64,000 nt of DNA from Botryllus schlosseri (lineage: Eukaryota), in the NCBI GenBank assembly GCA_051294905.1, contig CM119378.1:806001-870000 (forward strand), given 5' to 3'. Under the pieces are notes generated by a model. It ran no database searches and was not told the origin of the DNA. It saw only the letters and a program-made list of their open reading frames with translations. The position numbers and the translations under genes are program-made. Below, piece after piece: positions 52,358 to 64,000 of the stretch (positions within the stretch are counted from its first letter, which is position 1; every line of letters starts with the position of its first letter).

Positions 52358-54140
52358 TCAAAATATTTGTATTCTGTTGTTGCCACTGTCAGTGACCACG
52401 ATGCCCCCGTCTGACAAAATGCAAACTCCTTCCAGCATCCTCATCTGCCCCGGCTCAGAACCCGAGCTCCCAAACCATGTCACGAAAGATCCGTTACTCG
52501 TGAAAACTTGAATGCAGTTGTTCCAGCTGTCACCGACAATAATGTTGCCTTGCTGATCTGTGGCGATTCCATGCGGCTGATTGAAGGGAGACACGTTCGT
52601 TCCTTCTATTCCCAACGGGAAAAGATGGCGGCCGTACCCGTCGAAAGCCTGAACTGTGTGGTTGCCTCCGACAACAACCTGAGAAAACGTCAACTGTTAA
52701 AGGAGTTCAGATGGAACTAACGAGTCAATTACTGTTCCATTGGAAGTCACAGATAGATATTGCGGTGAATTGAAACGGAACTTCCGAATGAACTGCCCAT
52801 TCCCCGAGAAGACTTGAACTCGGTGATTGTGTTGGTCACAAACGTAAATCTGTCCCCTGACGTCTGTTTCTACTCCACAGGGGTATTTCAGCTGTCTATC
52901 ACCTGAATTAAAATCAACGTAACTCTCATCGAAAACTGTGAAATCACTCAATGTCACCTGATCCTTCGCTGCCGAACGTCCGCACGAACCGCCCGCGTTC
53001 GTTGAATATTTGGATTCGGTGATTGAAACTGTCCGAGGTGACAATCCGACCCCGAGACGTCACACACACGTCAGCTACACCATCGAATTGACCTTCGGAG
53101 GTTCCCTTGCCGCCGATGACTCTCTTCACGACCCCGTTCACGTCGAAGATCTGGAAGCACGATTTTTTTCGGGTAATGAAATTACACGCTCCTTACCACT
53201 AAAGTTGACTAATCTGAGAGAATCATAGTTTCAATGCTTTTTTCGCAACGTGGAAGCCTTGGAACCTCAATTGGTCGTATCGCTGCATACGACAAGTGTA
53301 ATAGTCATAGTCATAGTCGCAAGTCTCAACAAATCATTCCAGCTGTTAGAGCGGGGTTGCGAGTTCATAAAACAAAGCCTACGAACCTGAATCCGATCGT
53401 TGCAGCTATCTGCGACTATGATATGGTCACTGGCCGTTGAGGAAATGCCACTTGGGCTATTCATCTGCCCTAAGTCATTGCCTTCCATCCCGAAATACCT
53501 GCGTATAGATTTCATTCCAAATACTTTTTCACCGCAGCTTTTCACCACAGCCTTGAACCAGGTTTATGAAGACACGAGACCACTCACTTTTTCACTTGTC
53601 CTCTGTTACGATATCGCTGCAAAACTTCATTCACGCAAGAGTTTTCATCCTCACCCGATGGTTGGGCGTCGCGTTGGCGTCTCGGACGGTCTGAACGAAG
53701 TCGATTTGTGAATATACCAAAACAGAATCACGAGCAAACCTGGTGTTCTGCAAAACCGAGCGCCGTCGTCCGGGTTCAAGTCAGCAGCAAATGCCAGCTG
53801 CGCATGCGCGGAAACGATGCCAAAATAGGATATTGCGGAAAGCACAACATTTTCATTGCGATTCGTGAACTGAACACGATTTGATTAGTGTGAAGTCACT
53901 GATGTTTTTTCCACAGATTCACTCACTTTTATTATTTGACGAACTCCGTCCGACAGGATTCCGTTGCTTTGGAGATGTTCACGACTCCGTTGCGCCAAAC
54001 GAAGTATTTCGCTCTGCAATTTCTGGATTTCTGGATTGCTGAGTGTAAGAGGTAGTTCGCATATTTCACTTGCGACCTGGCAGTGAGTCTTCAAGGCCGC
54101 CGTTTTGACTTTATGCTCATTACGCTCTCGTTGCAATGAT
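52358..54140 (-). CDS. NHL-repeat (beta-propeller) protein, TRIM-NHL-like; 3' seven exons only, 5' exons not identified
   Basis: Minus-strand exons with consistent phases: 54140-53927, 53869-53740, 53690-53588, 53498-53387, 53150-52958, 52902-52733, 52678-52358 (TGA). NHL motifs include FGMEGNDLGQMNSPSGI..IIVADSCNDRIQIF, GQFDGVADV..IVTSDSFNHRIQIF, FNQPHGIATD..IIVGDSWNNCIQVF and terminal VTDSGNNRIQIF*. They are preceded by a coiled-coil-like segment and FTNRNENVVLSAISYFGIV. Confidence 0.85.
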
Positions 54141-55816
54141 CTGAACGGAACTCAGGAATTGCTACCGGTATTTGCTACAGAACAGGTGTACATTTGACAT
54201 CTTCGTGTTTATGAGAAAGAACGCTGATTTGATATGAACTAAACTTGATTTTTTGTTGTAGGCCTACTTCTGTCTAATTAGAAATTGAATTCAATTTCTA
54301 CGTTTTTGCGAACTCAACCATTTTAATGCTAAACTTTGGAAAAAATGTTCTGGTTGTGTTCTGGCATCTCTGCTATACGGAGAAGAGATCTGACCTTTGT
54401 TCGCAAACAATATTTTTGACAGATTGAATGCAGCTGTAAACCGTTAAAACTGTGGCTCTAACTACCGCGTTGCGACGGATATGCCAGTGGTTCTCAAACT
54501 ATGAGTGGGGCGTGAAAGCATCTGAAGGGGGCGCGAAGGCGCCTGAGTGAAATGAAGTGTCTTGAACTCGAAATGAGTTCAATAAGTGCTGGCGCTTCCA
54601 AGTTTCAAAAACTGCAATAATCCTAATCGTACCATCCATACACAAATGCTAAATTGTGACTGATACCGGACCTCCCACCGATCAGAAGATGTTACCTGGT
54701 GAATGCGTGCATTGCAGATGTTACCTGATGCTTTCATGGTCTGTCTGTATGTATGTCAATCAGCTTTACAGAGTGAATTGAGGTATTTGCTTATAAGGTC
54801 ATGTCACATGCCACTTATAATATACCTTTCGAATCTAAGAAACATTTATATAATAGGCCTACTTGAGTATACTCAATTAGGACACATTTTATAGAATGCC
54901 ACTCTCAAGAAGATCGATGTGTCGCAGCCGAAAAGTATTCAAATGAATTAGTCTCTTGCCGAACGAACACCTGCTACCAACTAAGAAAAAATGTTCGTCC
55001 CGTGACGAAGTGCCAAGTTTGAATAGCGTGTTACTCGCCAGCGCCATTGCTTTTTGAATTATAGCTTATGGTCGGGTGCGTTTGAGCCAAGCACAAGTCA
55101 GGAAATAGAAGGGATTAGACACCAAAATCGCCTAAATATTTGCATGTTACGTGCTACCATTGCACATTATTGTATTTGACAAAATATGCAACTGAAAATT
55201 TTTTCGCGTTGCACCCGTTTTAAATCCAGCTCATTACTACTGCTCCATGTATAGTCTGAGAATAATATTTGAGAGGTCTCTCAACAGTCATAACCTTTCA
55301 TGCCATCAAACTATGCGTTGGGATTGACAACTTTGTGGCTGTCCTTTTAAAGATTCTTTGATAAGCTAAATAAATTCTGGTTTACACGTATACGGTTTTT
55401 AGTCATGGCTTGGGCGATTTTTTTACCTAAAAACGGAAGATTTTGCCCTAAAATATAAAAATTTTGACATTCTAATTTTATCAAAATATTGTCCTCGTGT
55501 TTGTAAATTAGGGGTTTTCGCACATAATGTTAGAGTTGTACTACTTATCTTCATTTCTGCTTGGAACAGTCTGTCCTTATGAAGTAGTTTGTCCTGAAAA
55601 AACTTTTTGACTTGAAAACTGACAAATTTTTGCTTGAAAAAACTTTATTTCGACAAAATCTGGACCTATGAAGAATTACTCGCGTTATGGTAGAAAATAT
55701 AAAAATCTGTTGCAGTACCACGAAAGTACTTTCCTACATTCTCGCGTAGAAAGTGTCTGTCCTTACTAAGCAGTTTGTCAAGAATGGAGAAAGAACGTTC
55801 AACAGCAGCAGCAGTT

Positions 55817-56180
55817 ATTATCATTATTGTTTCACATTTTACAGTGGTGCTTCTCGCCTTTTTGAGGCTATGTGCACCACGACACGAATGTTTGTAGGTC
55901 TTTGTTTTTAGTTAACTTGGGGACGACTTCTTCAAACTTTCACTCATTCAGACGTCAGACGCTCTCACATCCATGCGTCCCCGCCGTGGTCTTTGTTGCC
56001 GACTTTCAGCACGGTTCACTTTCGGTCTGGGCTTTTCAATGCACTGCAACCGCAGGTATGTCGGCGATGAGGAGCCCAGAGAAAACTCCGACACATAGAA
56101 GTTGGTCCGAACCGGGATTAGAACCACTACCATTGGTGTCGTGACGCTGGCGATTAACCAACTGCGCCACTCGCTTCCCC
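55817..56180 (-). mobile_element. tRNA-derived SINE family C
   Basis: Minus-strand A box TGGCGCAGTTGG, B box GGTTCTAATCC and an AAT-type tail; flanked by the related direct repeats aacagcagcagcagtt (55801-55816) and aacagcagcagtt (56181-56193). Confidence 0.7.
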
Positions 56181-56400
56181 AACAGCAGCAGTTGTAGGCT
56201 GACAACAGCGAAGTTGTGCGTACACTGCTGGAGACACACCGTGTTGCTTTTCATTCTGCCAATGTTGTCTACATCACAATTCTTCACCATGGTCTTCTTG
56301 ATATCAGAACCAATGCCCACACAGTTTTGCTTCAGTTAGGATATTGCGATATGTTGGGCATAACATCATGTCAACCTATTTGTTTCATTTGATCTTTTAT

Positions 56401-57403
56401 TAGGGTTACCAAATGTCCGCTTTTAAGAGGATTTGTCCTCATTTTTCAATAGATTTTAATTGTCCCCAGAGGACGCTAAAATGTCCTCTTTGTTGGGAAT
56501 TTGTCCTCTTTTTTTTAAGTATTAAAATGCGATTAAAAACTTGACCTATCTTTTAGTCAACACGGTACTATTGGCTGACAAATTTTCAAAACCACCTGTT
56601 TACTCTCCCGGTACTAGAGATTCCAGAATGCTTGAATAGTACCCTCTTTTTCGGATCTCAAAATATGGTTACCCTAACCCAGGGCTGGCCAACCTTTTCA
56701 GCCAAAGGGCCACATTCTATTGACGAACTTTTGCGCGGGCCACTATCCGCGCGAAGCGCAAAAATTTTTTGAAGGTCATAGGTCAATAATATTGCCACTT
56801 GATTATATTGCTGGCCTGCTGTATATCGCTGGGCTAAGTTTGCGAGGACTGGGCTATTCGGCGCATGGACATATCGATATCGAAAGCTGCGACCAACATG
56901 CGTCAATCATTTCGTGCCTAGGTTTCATAGTCGACGGTCTTACTGCCAGTGCAAACGCAAGGTCGCGTATGTTGAACGACACTTTGTCTCGTAATCGCTA
57001 ATATAGTTAGACTCAATCTGATACATTGGGTGTTCTTCAATTTTCACAAAAGGGGAACAATATTAAGAACAAGAAATCGAGTGACAACATATTGCGCTAA
57101 GATTGTAGAAAATTTTTACCTTTGTTAAATCTATCGCAAATTATTCTGCTTTATTGTAGTGTACGAAGATATACCAATATATGAATTGTTGATGGATCTG
57201 TCAATGAGTCGAAACTGATATTTTAGTCATCACATCTCAAGTGAAGAGGCCAGACTAATCAAATTTTTGGTTGGCTTTGCAAGTTCACAATCTGTGCAAT
57301 CCATTTTTGATGATATTAGAAATTTCGCAAATTACCTCGCGGGCCACTCAAAACCTTCTCGCGGGCCACATTTGGCCCGCGGGCCACGGGTTGGCCGGCC
57401 CTG
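56401..57403. mobile_element. Two abutting MITEs
   Basis: 56401-56676 with TIR TAGGGTTACCA / TGGTTACCCTA; 56680-57403 with TIR CAGGGCTGGCCAAC / GTTGGCCGGCCCTG and TSD CCCTAACC. Confidence 0.78.
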
Positions 57404-58227
57404 CCCTAACCTATATGATACACAATGAACAGACAATGGGCCGTCTAAGCATATAAAGTAGGCTACAAGATGTAAAATGTCAAATGACGAGTTCACCAGA
57501 ACTGCAATTTTGACTTTGTAAACAATTTTGACAGTTTTTTGACCTAGCGCTACAATTTTGACAAATTTTGACTTTTTTGCAATGTTAAAAACACCCTAGT
57601 CGTGGTATAAGAAACTTATGCCGCACTGAACCAACTCGACTAGTTAGATACTGACAAAGTAGCATAAAGGTGGACCGTCCAACTTATTATGGTCGGTAGG
57701 TTGTGTCCGAGATGAGCAAAGATTAGGATTAGGTTTTGAAAAAACAGGATTTGTGAAATTTTGACGGATTTGGATTGGATTTGGATTAGACATTTTTTTC
57801 AGAACGGATTAGGATTTGGATTGGATTGAACTATTTTCCGGGAGATTGAAATGTCGTGTGGCGGATGGCGACAATTTTTATTCAGATCAGTTAATAATGT
57901 ACTTATGGTTACTAGGCAATCTTGATCAAGTGAATCGTTGGTTGTGAAAGATAATTTTCGAATCCCTTCATTGCTTAAATTAGTTTTTTTTTCTGAATTT
58001 CCAGTTGGAATCGGATTAGGATCGGACATGGACTTCAAGATGAAAAAGTTATGATTTAATATTTGGATTTGGATTTGAAGGTTCGGATTTGGATTGGATT
58101 AGGACATAAAATTTCAAATCCGCTAATCTCTCATTCGAGCATTTGGCGAGCTACCGTGCGGACGTGTCTGATTACGCTCACGGGACTGACAATCAAAGGC
58201 GTGTTCTCTATCAAGAACTGTTAGAGT

Positions 58228-58977
58228 ATGTCTCGCTCAGGAAAGGTCGTATTGAATGAGGAAGAAATGATAAAGAAGATATTGCCTTCGCTGCTAGAAA
58301 AGCTAACAGGAGAGATCAACAACATGCTGCAAAAAAACCAAGATCGGCTGTTAGAGGAGATTGCCACCATCAAGAGCAATACCTCCGAGATATCTGCTAA
58401 AATGGACAAACTTAATACGAGACTAGATGCGCTAGAAGAACAGGTTCAGAAGAACCTAACAGATGTGGAAGCCAATCGAGAAAGTATCGAGACTGCATTT
58501 AGTCGCATTGACGAGCTCGACCGCATATCTCGCCTCGATTTACTAGAATTTCAAGGCATTGTGAAGAAAGAAAACGAGGATACAAAGAAAGTTGTTATGG
58601 ATATCTGTAAAGCGATCGGGGTAAGTCTGGATGAAGAGGACCTATCATTATGCTATCGTAAACCTCTCCGAGATGCTACAAAAACAGCCCCTATCATGGT
58701 CAAATTCTTCGATCGAACTATCCGAGATGAGATCTACTTTGCAAGATTGAAACTTCGCGACGTTTCGAGCGCAAAGTTGGAAAATTGCAGCTCAATCTTC
58801 ATCGTGGAAAATCTCACCGAGAGGACCCACAAGTTATTGTATGACGCCCGTCAACTGAAAAAGAAGCAAAAATTTGATTTCCTTTGGACCAGACATGGGA
58901 AGATCTGGGCAAAAAAGAACGTTGACTCATCAGCATTTCTAATCGAAAAACATAGTGACCTAAAGAAGATCCTGTGA
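58228..58977 (+). CDS. LINE ORF1 protein (coiled coil + RRM-like + C-terminal domain)
   Basis: 249-aa ORF with a heptad-rich N-terminus, then LEFQGI..E.EDT, PIMVKF and IFIVENLT...FLWTRHGKIW motifs typical of L1/CR1-type ORF1p. Confidence 0.88.
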   Translation: MSRSGKVVLNEEEMIKKILPSLLEKLTGEINNMLQKNQDRLLEEIATIKSNTSEISAKMDKLNTRLDALEEQVQKNLTDVEANRESIETAFSRIDELDRISRLDLLEFQGIVKKENEDTKKVVMDICKAIGVSLDEEDLSLCYRKPLRDATKTAPIMVKFFDRTIRDEIYFARLKLRDVSSAKLENCSSIFIVENLTERTHKLLYDARQLKKKQKFDFLWTRHGKIWAKKNVDSSAFLIEKHSDLKKIL

Positions 58978-61900
58978 GTAACTATTCTCCCTCACGTAAT
59001 CTATTCATATTAAGCGCATTATTTTTCATTCTTTCATTCATTATTATGCCTTTGCCCCACTATTCCTTTGATCTTGCTAGTAGGCGACATGACAAACACA
59101 ATATCAATGCCTCGGACTGTTTGCAATCTCAATCAGACCTCCATGAAGGTGCTGATTTGTCCCCAGAAAGCTTCAACTTTAACAATGTCAAGAAATGTGA
59201 ATATGTTTGCCTAGATAAATTGACTGATATCTTATCGGGATCCTCCAACCAAGATCGATTCACAATATCTCATTTTAATATGAGATCCCTCCAGAAGAAC
59301 CATGATGATCTTTCTGAAATTATAACGTCGCTGAATAGTATGCCTACTCTCATCGCTATTTCTGAGACCAAACTCAAATCTGATCCGACTTCTAATATAG
59401 CATTGGAAGGATATACGTTCCTGCACTCACCGACCCGTTCCAATGCGGGCGGGGTAGGCCTCTATATCAAATCTAATCTGCGATTCACTGTGCTAACGGC
59501 CTATAATCTTGCGTATCGAGACTGTGAGCAGCTATGGGTCAATTTGGAAGATTTCCAGCATAACAGGTCCCTAATCATTGCGATCATATATAGACACCCT
59601 AGATCTAGCGTGGATGATGTCACCGAATTCACAGAAGAAATGAATCGAGCCTTATGTAAAATTAACGAAAAGTCGAACGATTGTTTCATCATTGGAGATT
59701 TTAATGTTAACCTCAAAGCAAAAAATAGCCCGACTGTGAACCGATATATCAATATGTTACGATGCTGTAACTTCGTACCATTAATTTCCCAACCGACTAG
59801 GTATTCGGACAGTTCTAGTACTCTTCTTGACCATATATGCACGAATTTAACCACCCGAGAAATCCAACCGTGTGTTTGCTCATGTGTAATATCTGACCAC
59901 TTGCCTGTTTTTGCGATAGTTGATTTGAAAACTAGCAAATGCAAACCCTTGCGTTATTATAAACGTGACCTCGATGGTATCGATCCTTCCCGTCTAGCAA
60001 CCGAATCTCAATATGTGTTCTCTAGATTATTTGACAAACCCTTAACCTTGAGCAATTTTGAAGCATACTTCGATGCTTTCAAGAATGCCATTGACGAGTT
60101 ATTGAACAGTCATGCTCCTCCGATCACACTCAGCAGGCGCGACCGTAAATTACTCCGCAAACCTTGGATATCGAAAGGTATTCTGATCTCTATCAGACGG
60201 CGTAACACAATGCATTATCCTCTTTTTGTTAAGGGCAATGCTGAGCAGAGAAAATTTTATAAAACTTACTCGAATAAGTTAACTCGTATCAAAAAAAGGG
60301 CTAAGGAAAACTATTTCTTGAAAGCTTTCGTAGAGAATAGAAATAATCCGAAAAGGAGGTGGAAAATGATCAACAGTATCATTCATAGGGATTCTAAAAC
60401 CTCGAGTAAGCAATTGAGTATCACTGATTTGACTGGCGAGATGATGATTACCCCGGGTGAGATTGCTGAATCGTTTAATGACTATTTTTGCACGTTAGGT
60501 CCATCGCTAGCGCGCGAATTGCCATCGCCGACTGAGCGCCAGTCATTTGCCTCGACTTCCTCGAAATCCATTTATTTGAGATCCACATCGCAAAGAGAAA
60601 TTGTACAGACTATAGCTGGCCTTCGCAGCAATAAGGCTAACGGTGTAGACGGCATCCCTGCAGCTTTTCTGAAATTAATTTGTCCGTACATCTCTCCACT
60701 AGTTTGCAAGATATTCAACTTCTGTATAAATAATGGAATCTTTCCGAACCCCCTAAAAATAGCGAGAGTAGTCCCAATCTTCAAGCAAGGAGATGACACC
60801 AACAGAAGTAACTACAGACCAATTTCTATACTACCAACCATGGCTAAAGTGTTCGAAAAGCTAGTCCATATGAGGTTGATGGATTTCCTTGATAAAGAAG
60901 AAATTCTGTCGAAACAGCAATTTGGTTTCCGGGAAGGATTCAATACCTCCCAGGCAATTCTCGATGTGACGGAGAAATACTATAAGGTAATTGAGCAAAA
61001 CAAAGTGGCATGCAGTATATTCCTTGATCTCAAGAAAGCCTTTGATACCGTTGATCACGACATCCTTCTTGCCAAGTTATCGGCCTGCGGTATCAGGGGT
61101 GTCGCCAATGACCTTTTCAGATCTTACTTGAGCAATAGATCTCAATGTGTCGATATCGGTGGCATCAACTCGTCGCCTGGCGCCATACGATGCGGTGTCC
61201 CTCAAGGGTCTGTTCTTGGTCCGACATTGTTCTTGATATATATCAACGACCTAGCTAAATCCACATCGATGGAAACCACCCTATTTGCTGATGACACGCA
61301 CCTCTTCGCCTCGTCAGATTACGTTGATGAGCTCAATGCGAAGCTTAATAGGGAAATGACTTTGGTATCCAAATGGATGATATGTAATAAATTAACGCTG
61401 AATGCTGCCAAAACCCAGATTATATTCATTAGTAACGTCTTAAGTACTAAAGAATATCGCACTGTTAGTGTAATGGTAAATGATAAGACGATAAACCCTT
61501 CTAGGGTTGCAAAATATCTTGGCATATTCATTGATGGCGATCTATCCTGGAAGGACCATACCCAGAAGCTAGCGGTTAAACTCTCCCGTGGTGTTGGCAT
61601 CTTACGGCGCCTTAGACATCTAGTTCCGAAGACGGTGCTCCGAGAAGTGTATTTTGCAATGGTTCACAGTCACTTGCAATATGGAATTTTGAGTTGGGGC
61701 TTCTGCAACAAAAGTACTTTGCATCCAATACAGGTGATTCAAAACAACGCCATTCGTGCCCTTACGGGGTCATTTCGATGTAATCTTGGGAAGTCATATC
61801 GGGAGTGGAGAATATTGAGAGTTGAAGAAATTAAATATCTGGAAGTAGCTAAATTCATGTATCGTTTTCACAATAAACAGCTTGCCTTTAGTTTGGGGGA

Positions 61901-62132
61901 TAAATTACAACTATCAACATCCACCCATAGTCACAATACCAGATTTTCAGCCGCACCAAATTATCGCCACAATTTAGTAAGGAAGGAATTCTGCAAACGA
62001 TCTCTTTTGATAGCCGGTCCTATCATCTGGAATAATGTACCCATTACAATTCGTGAACGAAGCTTCAACGGTTTTAAAAAATCACTGATAGACTATTTGC
62101 TGGACCCTTCTAATCAACCTATTGGTCTGTAA
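58974..62132 (+). CDS. LINE ORF2: apurinic-type endonuclease + reverse transcriptase
   Basis: Uninterrupted 1052-codon frame; first ATG is at 59046. APE motifs HFNMRSL, IAISETKL, IIGDFN, LLDHI, SDHLPV; RT motifs NYRPISIL, FLDLKKAFDTV, GVPQGSVLGP, LFADDT, KYLGI. Confidence 0.95.
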   Translation: MSNYSPSRNLFILSALFFILSFIIMPLPHYSFDLASRRHDKHNINASDCLQSQSDLHEGADLSPESFNFNNVKKCEYVCLDKLTDILSGSSNQDRFTISHFNMRSLQKNHDDLSEIITSLNSMPTLIAISETKLKSDPTSNIALEGYTFLHSPTRSNAGGVGLYIKSNLRFTVLTAYNLAYRDCEQLWVNLEDFQHNRSLIIAIIYRHPRSSVDDVTEFTEEMNRALCKINEKSNDCFIIGDFNVNLKAKNSPTVNRYINMLRCCNFVPLISQPTRYSDSSSTLLDHICTNLTTREIQPCVCSCVISDHLPVFAIVDLKTSKCKPLRYYKRDLDGIDPSRLATESQYVFSRLFDKPLTLSNFEAYFDAFKNAIDELLNSHAPPITLSRRDRKLLRKPWISKGILISIRRRNTMHYPLFVKGNAEQRKFYKTYSNKLTRIKKRAKENYFLKAFVENRNNPKRRWKMINSIIHRDSKTSSKQLSITDLTGEMMITPGEIAESFNDYFCTLGPSLARELPSPTERQSFASTSSKSIYLRSTSQREIVQTIAGLRSNKANGVDGIPAAFLKLICPYISPLVCKIFNFCINNGIFPNPLKIARVVPIFKQGDDTNRSNYRPISILPTMAKVFEKLVHMRLMDFLDKEEILSKQQFGFREGFNTSQAILDVTEKYYKVIEQNKVACSIFLDLKKAFDTVDHDILLAKLSACGIRGVANDLFRSYLSNRSQCVDIGGINSSPGAIRCGVPQGSVLGPTLFLIYINDLAKSTSMETTLFADDTHLFASSDYVDELNAKLNREMTLVSKWMICNKLTLNAAKTQIIFISNVLSTKEYRTVSVMVNDKTINPSRVAKYLGIFIDGDLSWKDHTQKLAVKLSRGVGILRRLRHLVPKTVLREVYFAMVHSHLQYGILSWGFCNKSTLHPIQVIQNNAIRALTGSFRCNLGKSYREWRILRVEEIKYLEVAKFMYRFHNKQLAFSLGDKLQLSTSTHSHNTRFSAAPNYRHNLVRKEFCKRSLLIAGPIIWNNVPITIRERSFNGFKKSLIDYLLDPSNQPIGL

Positions 62133-63066
62133 TTGATGCACTGTTGTTGTTGCTGTTCGAACATGGCTTTCTTATGTGTATGTTGTTCGTTTATACCGAT
62201 CTCTTTTATTTTTGTGTTTTCGAAATTTATCATTGTGTTCGTCTGTCTCGTGAGTTATAATTTGTATGCTCTATAGGGAAGGGATTGACTATATGACTTC
62301 TTGGTCGTATCGTCCCTTCCCTGTCCATACCGATTATTTGAATGTTTCAAATTTTCCTGGTGAGACGAATTTAATAAATGATCTATCTATCTATCTATCT
62401 CTGGGTTGTGTGTTCAATCCCCGGCCTTGTCAGACCGGGTAGGCTATCCATGCCATTCTCGCTTGGCGCTCTCAGAATTACCATAATAGTATGTAGAGGC
62501 TGTGCAAGACATAGAAAGCCTTTCAATGCTATTTTCCCCTTATTTGTCCAGCGGCACATGCGCATCATGCACTCAATCAATCAGTTCTATAAAATTTTCG
62601 TCATTTCAAAACATCACAAGACTGCGATACAATGAAAAGATAGGAATGTGTCGAAACAACTTAGAGTAGCCTTTAAGATCAGACACCAACCTTAGCCTAG
62701 GCAACGTAAAGAAGAGGCATGCACACTGAATGAAAAGTATTGCAGAGAATATAAAACGCAAGCGACAAAATGAGGTGGCGGCATGTGGCGGAAGGCGAGG
62801 TCGATATTAGGTGGTGGTCCGGTAATCCTGAAGGCTGGCTAGTATTCATTTAGAGAAGTAGTAGTCATTCACTCATTGTATGCATATACACAGATCGTGT
62901 ATATGTACATCACGAGTCGGTATATATGCCGCAAAAACGCCAATGATAAAAATATACAACGTCCTATTCAATATTCTTAGCTCACCAACCCGAGAAAATG
63001 AGAGATGCCAGGAACCAATATTCTTTGAAAGTTCAAATAAATGGATACTTACTGAGGTTCACACAC

Positions 63067-63330
63067 CAGTGTTGGGATCAAGTCACTACCTTCGAGTCAC
63101 GAGTCATCTCGAGTCATTGCACATTTCGACTCGAGTCAAGTCAAGTCAGTCGATTTTCAAAAGTGACTCGAGTCAAGTCAAGTCACTCGTTTTTTGGAGG
63201 TGACTCGAGTCAAGTCGAGTCAAGTCAAGTCAAGTCACGAGTCAAGTCACAATTCAAGTAAAATTGAATTTTCGCAGTATGAGTGATGATTCAAAGTCAT
63301 TGCATTTTGGTAGATGCATGAAAGACATAT
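63067..63330. mobile_element. End of a GACTT-array MITE (same family as 25887-26835)
   Basis: 63067-63260 is the reverse complement of about 26640-26835; the other end was not identified. Confidence 0.8.
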
Positions 63331-63813
63331 TGATTGGCCGTATAAATTAAATCAAATAATGAGTATGAAGTTGAATATACATTCAAAAAGCCGTTGTATC
63401 GCTCACGCGCACATTTATCTGCTAATGAAATACGTGAGCCAAAATAAAGGATCGAATACGAAGCGCCGAGAAGTTGAAACAAATTGATATAGTACAATAC
63501 ACTACCCCTTTACACATCCTTGAGAATAAACTAAAGAAAAAAGACAAATAATAAACTGTATTCGTTCGTTCAAACCATACAAGAGGGTTGGTTAGGGTGA
63601 ACATTGCGCGATGTAAGCACTGAGCCGGCTAAGAAACATAGATACGTTGCTATTAGATTATTCTACTGCTAGTACATAAACGTAAGCTGTTTATCATTTC
63701 TATTTTGGTCAGTCTATCTGTGATGTAACAATGCATGATTAGTGAAAGGTACAATCCGTGAATGACCGGTTTCTCTCACAAGTCACACCCGGCGTATCGA
63801 GGACAAGCCGAAC

Positions 63814-63815
<2 letters not shown>

Positions 63816-63843
<28 letters not shown>
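63816..63843. repeat. (AG)n microsatellite
   Basis: Perfect AG dinucleotide run. Confidence 0.95.
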
Positions 63844-63849
<6 letters not shown>

Positions 63850-64000
63850 TATTCGTCAACCATGAAATATAGTAAAGGCAATGTCCACAAACATTCACGT
63901 CCAATAGTATACATTTTTTAAATTTTTTCCTAACTATAATTTGCACGGTATAGACTGGGAGACCCGATATGACCGAAGTCTTCTAGGCCGGAGTCACCCA

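Larger units (their letters stand above)
58133..62400 (+). mobile_element. Full-length non-LTR retrotransposon (CR1/L2/Crack group LINE)
   Basis: Two open ORFs, short 5' UTR (5' boundary approximate), 3' UTR hairpin GGGAAGGGA...TCCCTTCCC (62276-62321), AATAAA and an (ATCT)n tail at 62381-62400. Confidence 0.92.
57707..62403. mobile_element. hAT-like MITE with (GGATTT)-type internal repeats, interrupted in its right TIR by the LINE
   Basis: TIR ccgagatgagc / gctaatctc...tctctg; 8-bp TSD GGTTGTGT at 57699-57706 and 62404-62411. Confidence 0.75.

Noticed and set aside
56190..56340. Open stretch as a possible upstream exon of the NHL gene
   Set aside because: No RING/B-box pattern and no phase-compatible splice sites that I could establish.

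Overview
AT-rich, intron-containing invertebrate (metazoan) genomic DNA, heavily loaded with transposon relics; the taxon cannot be fixed from sequence alone. The core of the window is a head-to-tail triplet of biopterin-dependent aromatic amino acid hydroxylase genes of phenylalanine hydroxylase (PAH) type on the + strand: copy A 7532-28595, copy B 34632-41345, copy C 41708-48942. I assembled each by hand into 12 in-frame GT-AG coding exons, and all keep the His/His/Glu iron ligands. Copy B is canonical PAH. Copies A and especially C carry substitutions clustered at known cofactor-binding, substrate-specificity and allosteric positions, while their C-terminal oligomerisation segments look homogenised. 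This suggests a neofunctionalised hydroxylase cluster. Convergent with it is the 3' part of a TRIM/NHL-type gene (- strand, 52358-54140). A deleted relic of that gene sits at 1069-1155, directly upstream of the sequence shared by copies A and B. An apparently intact CR1/L2-group LINE (ORFs at 58228-62132) is nested in a MITE that is itself nested in a SINE. Also present are many hAT-type MITEs with 8-bp TSDs, tRNA-derived SINEs, Penelope-like relics (one with a minimal hammerhead motif) and tiny hairpin insertions. Human PAH/TH/TPH residue numbers and exon sizes are quoted from memory and should be confirmed by alignment.
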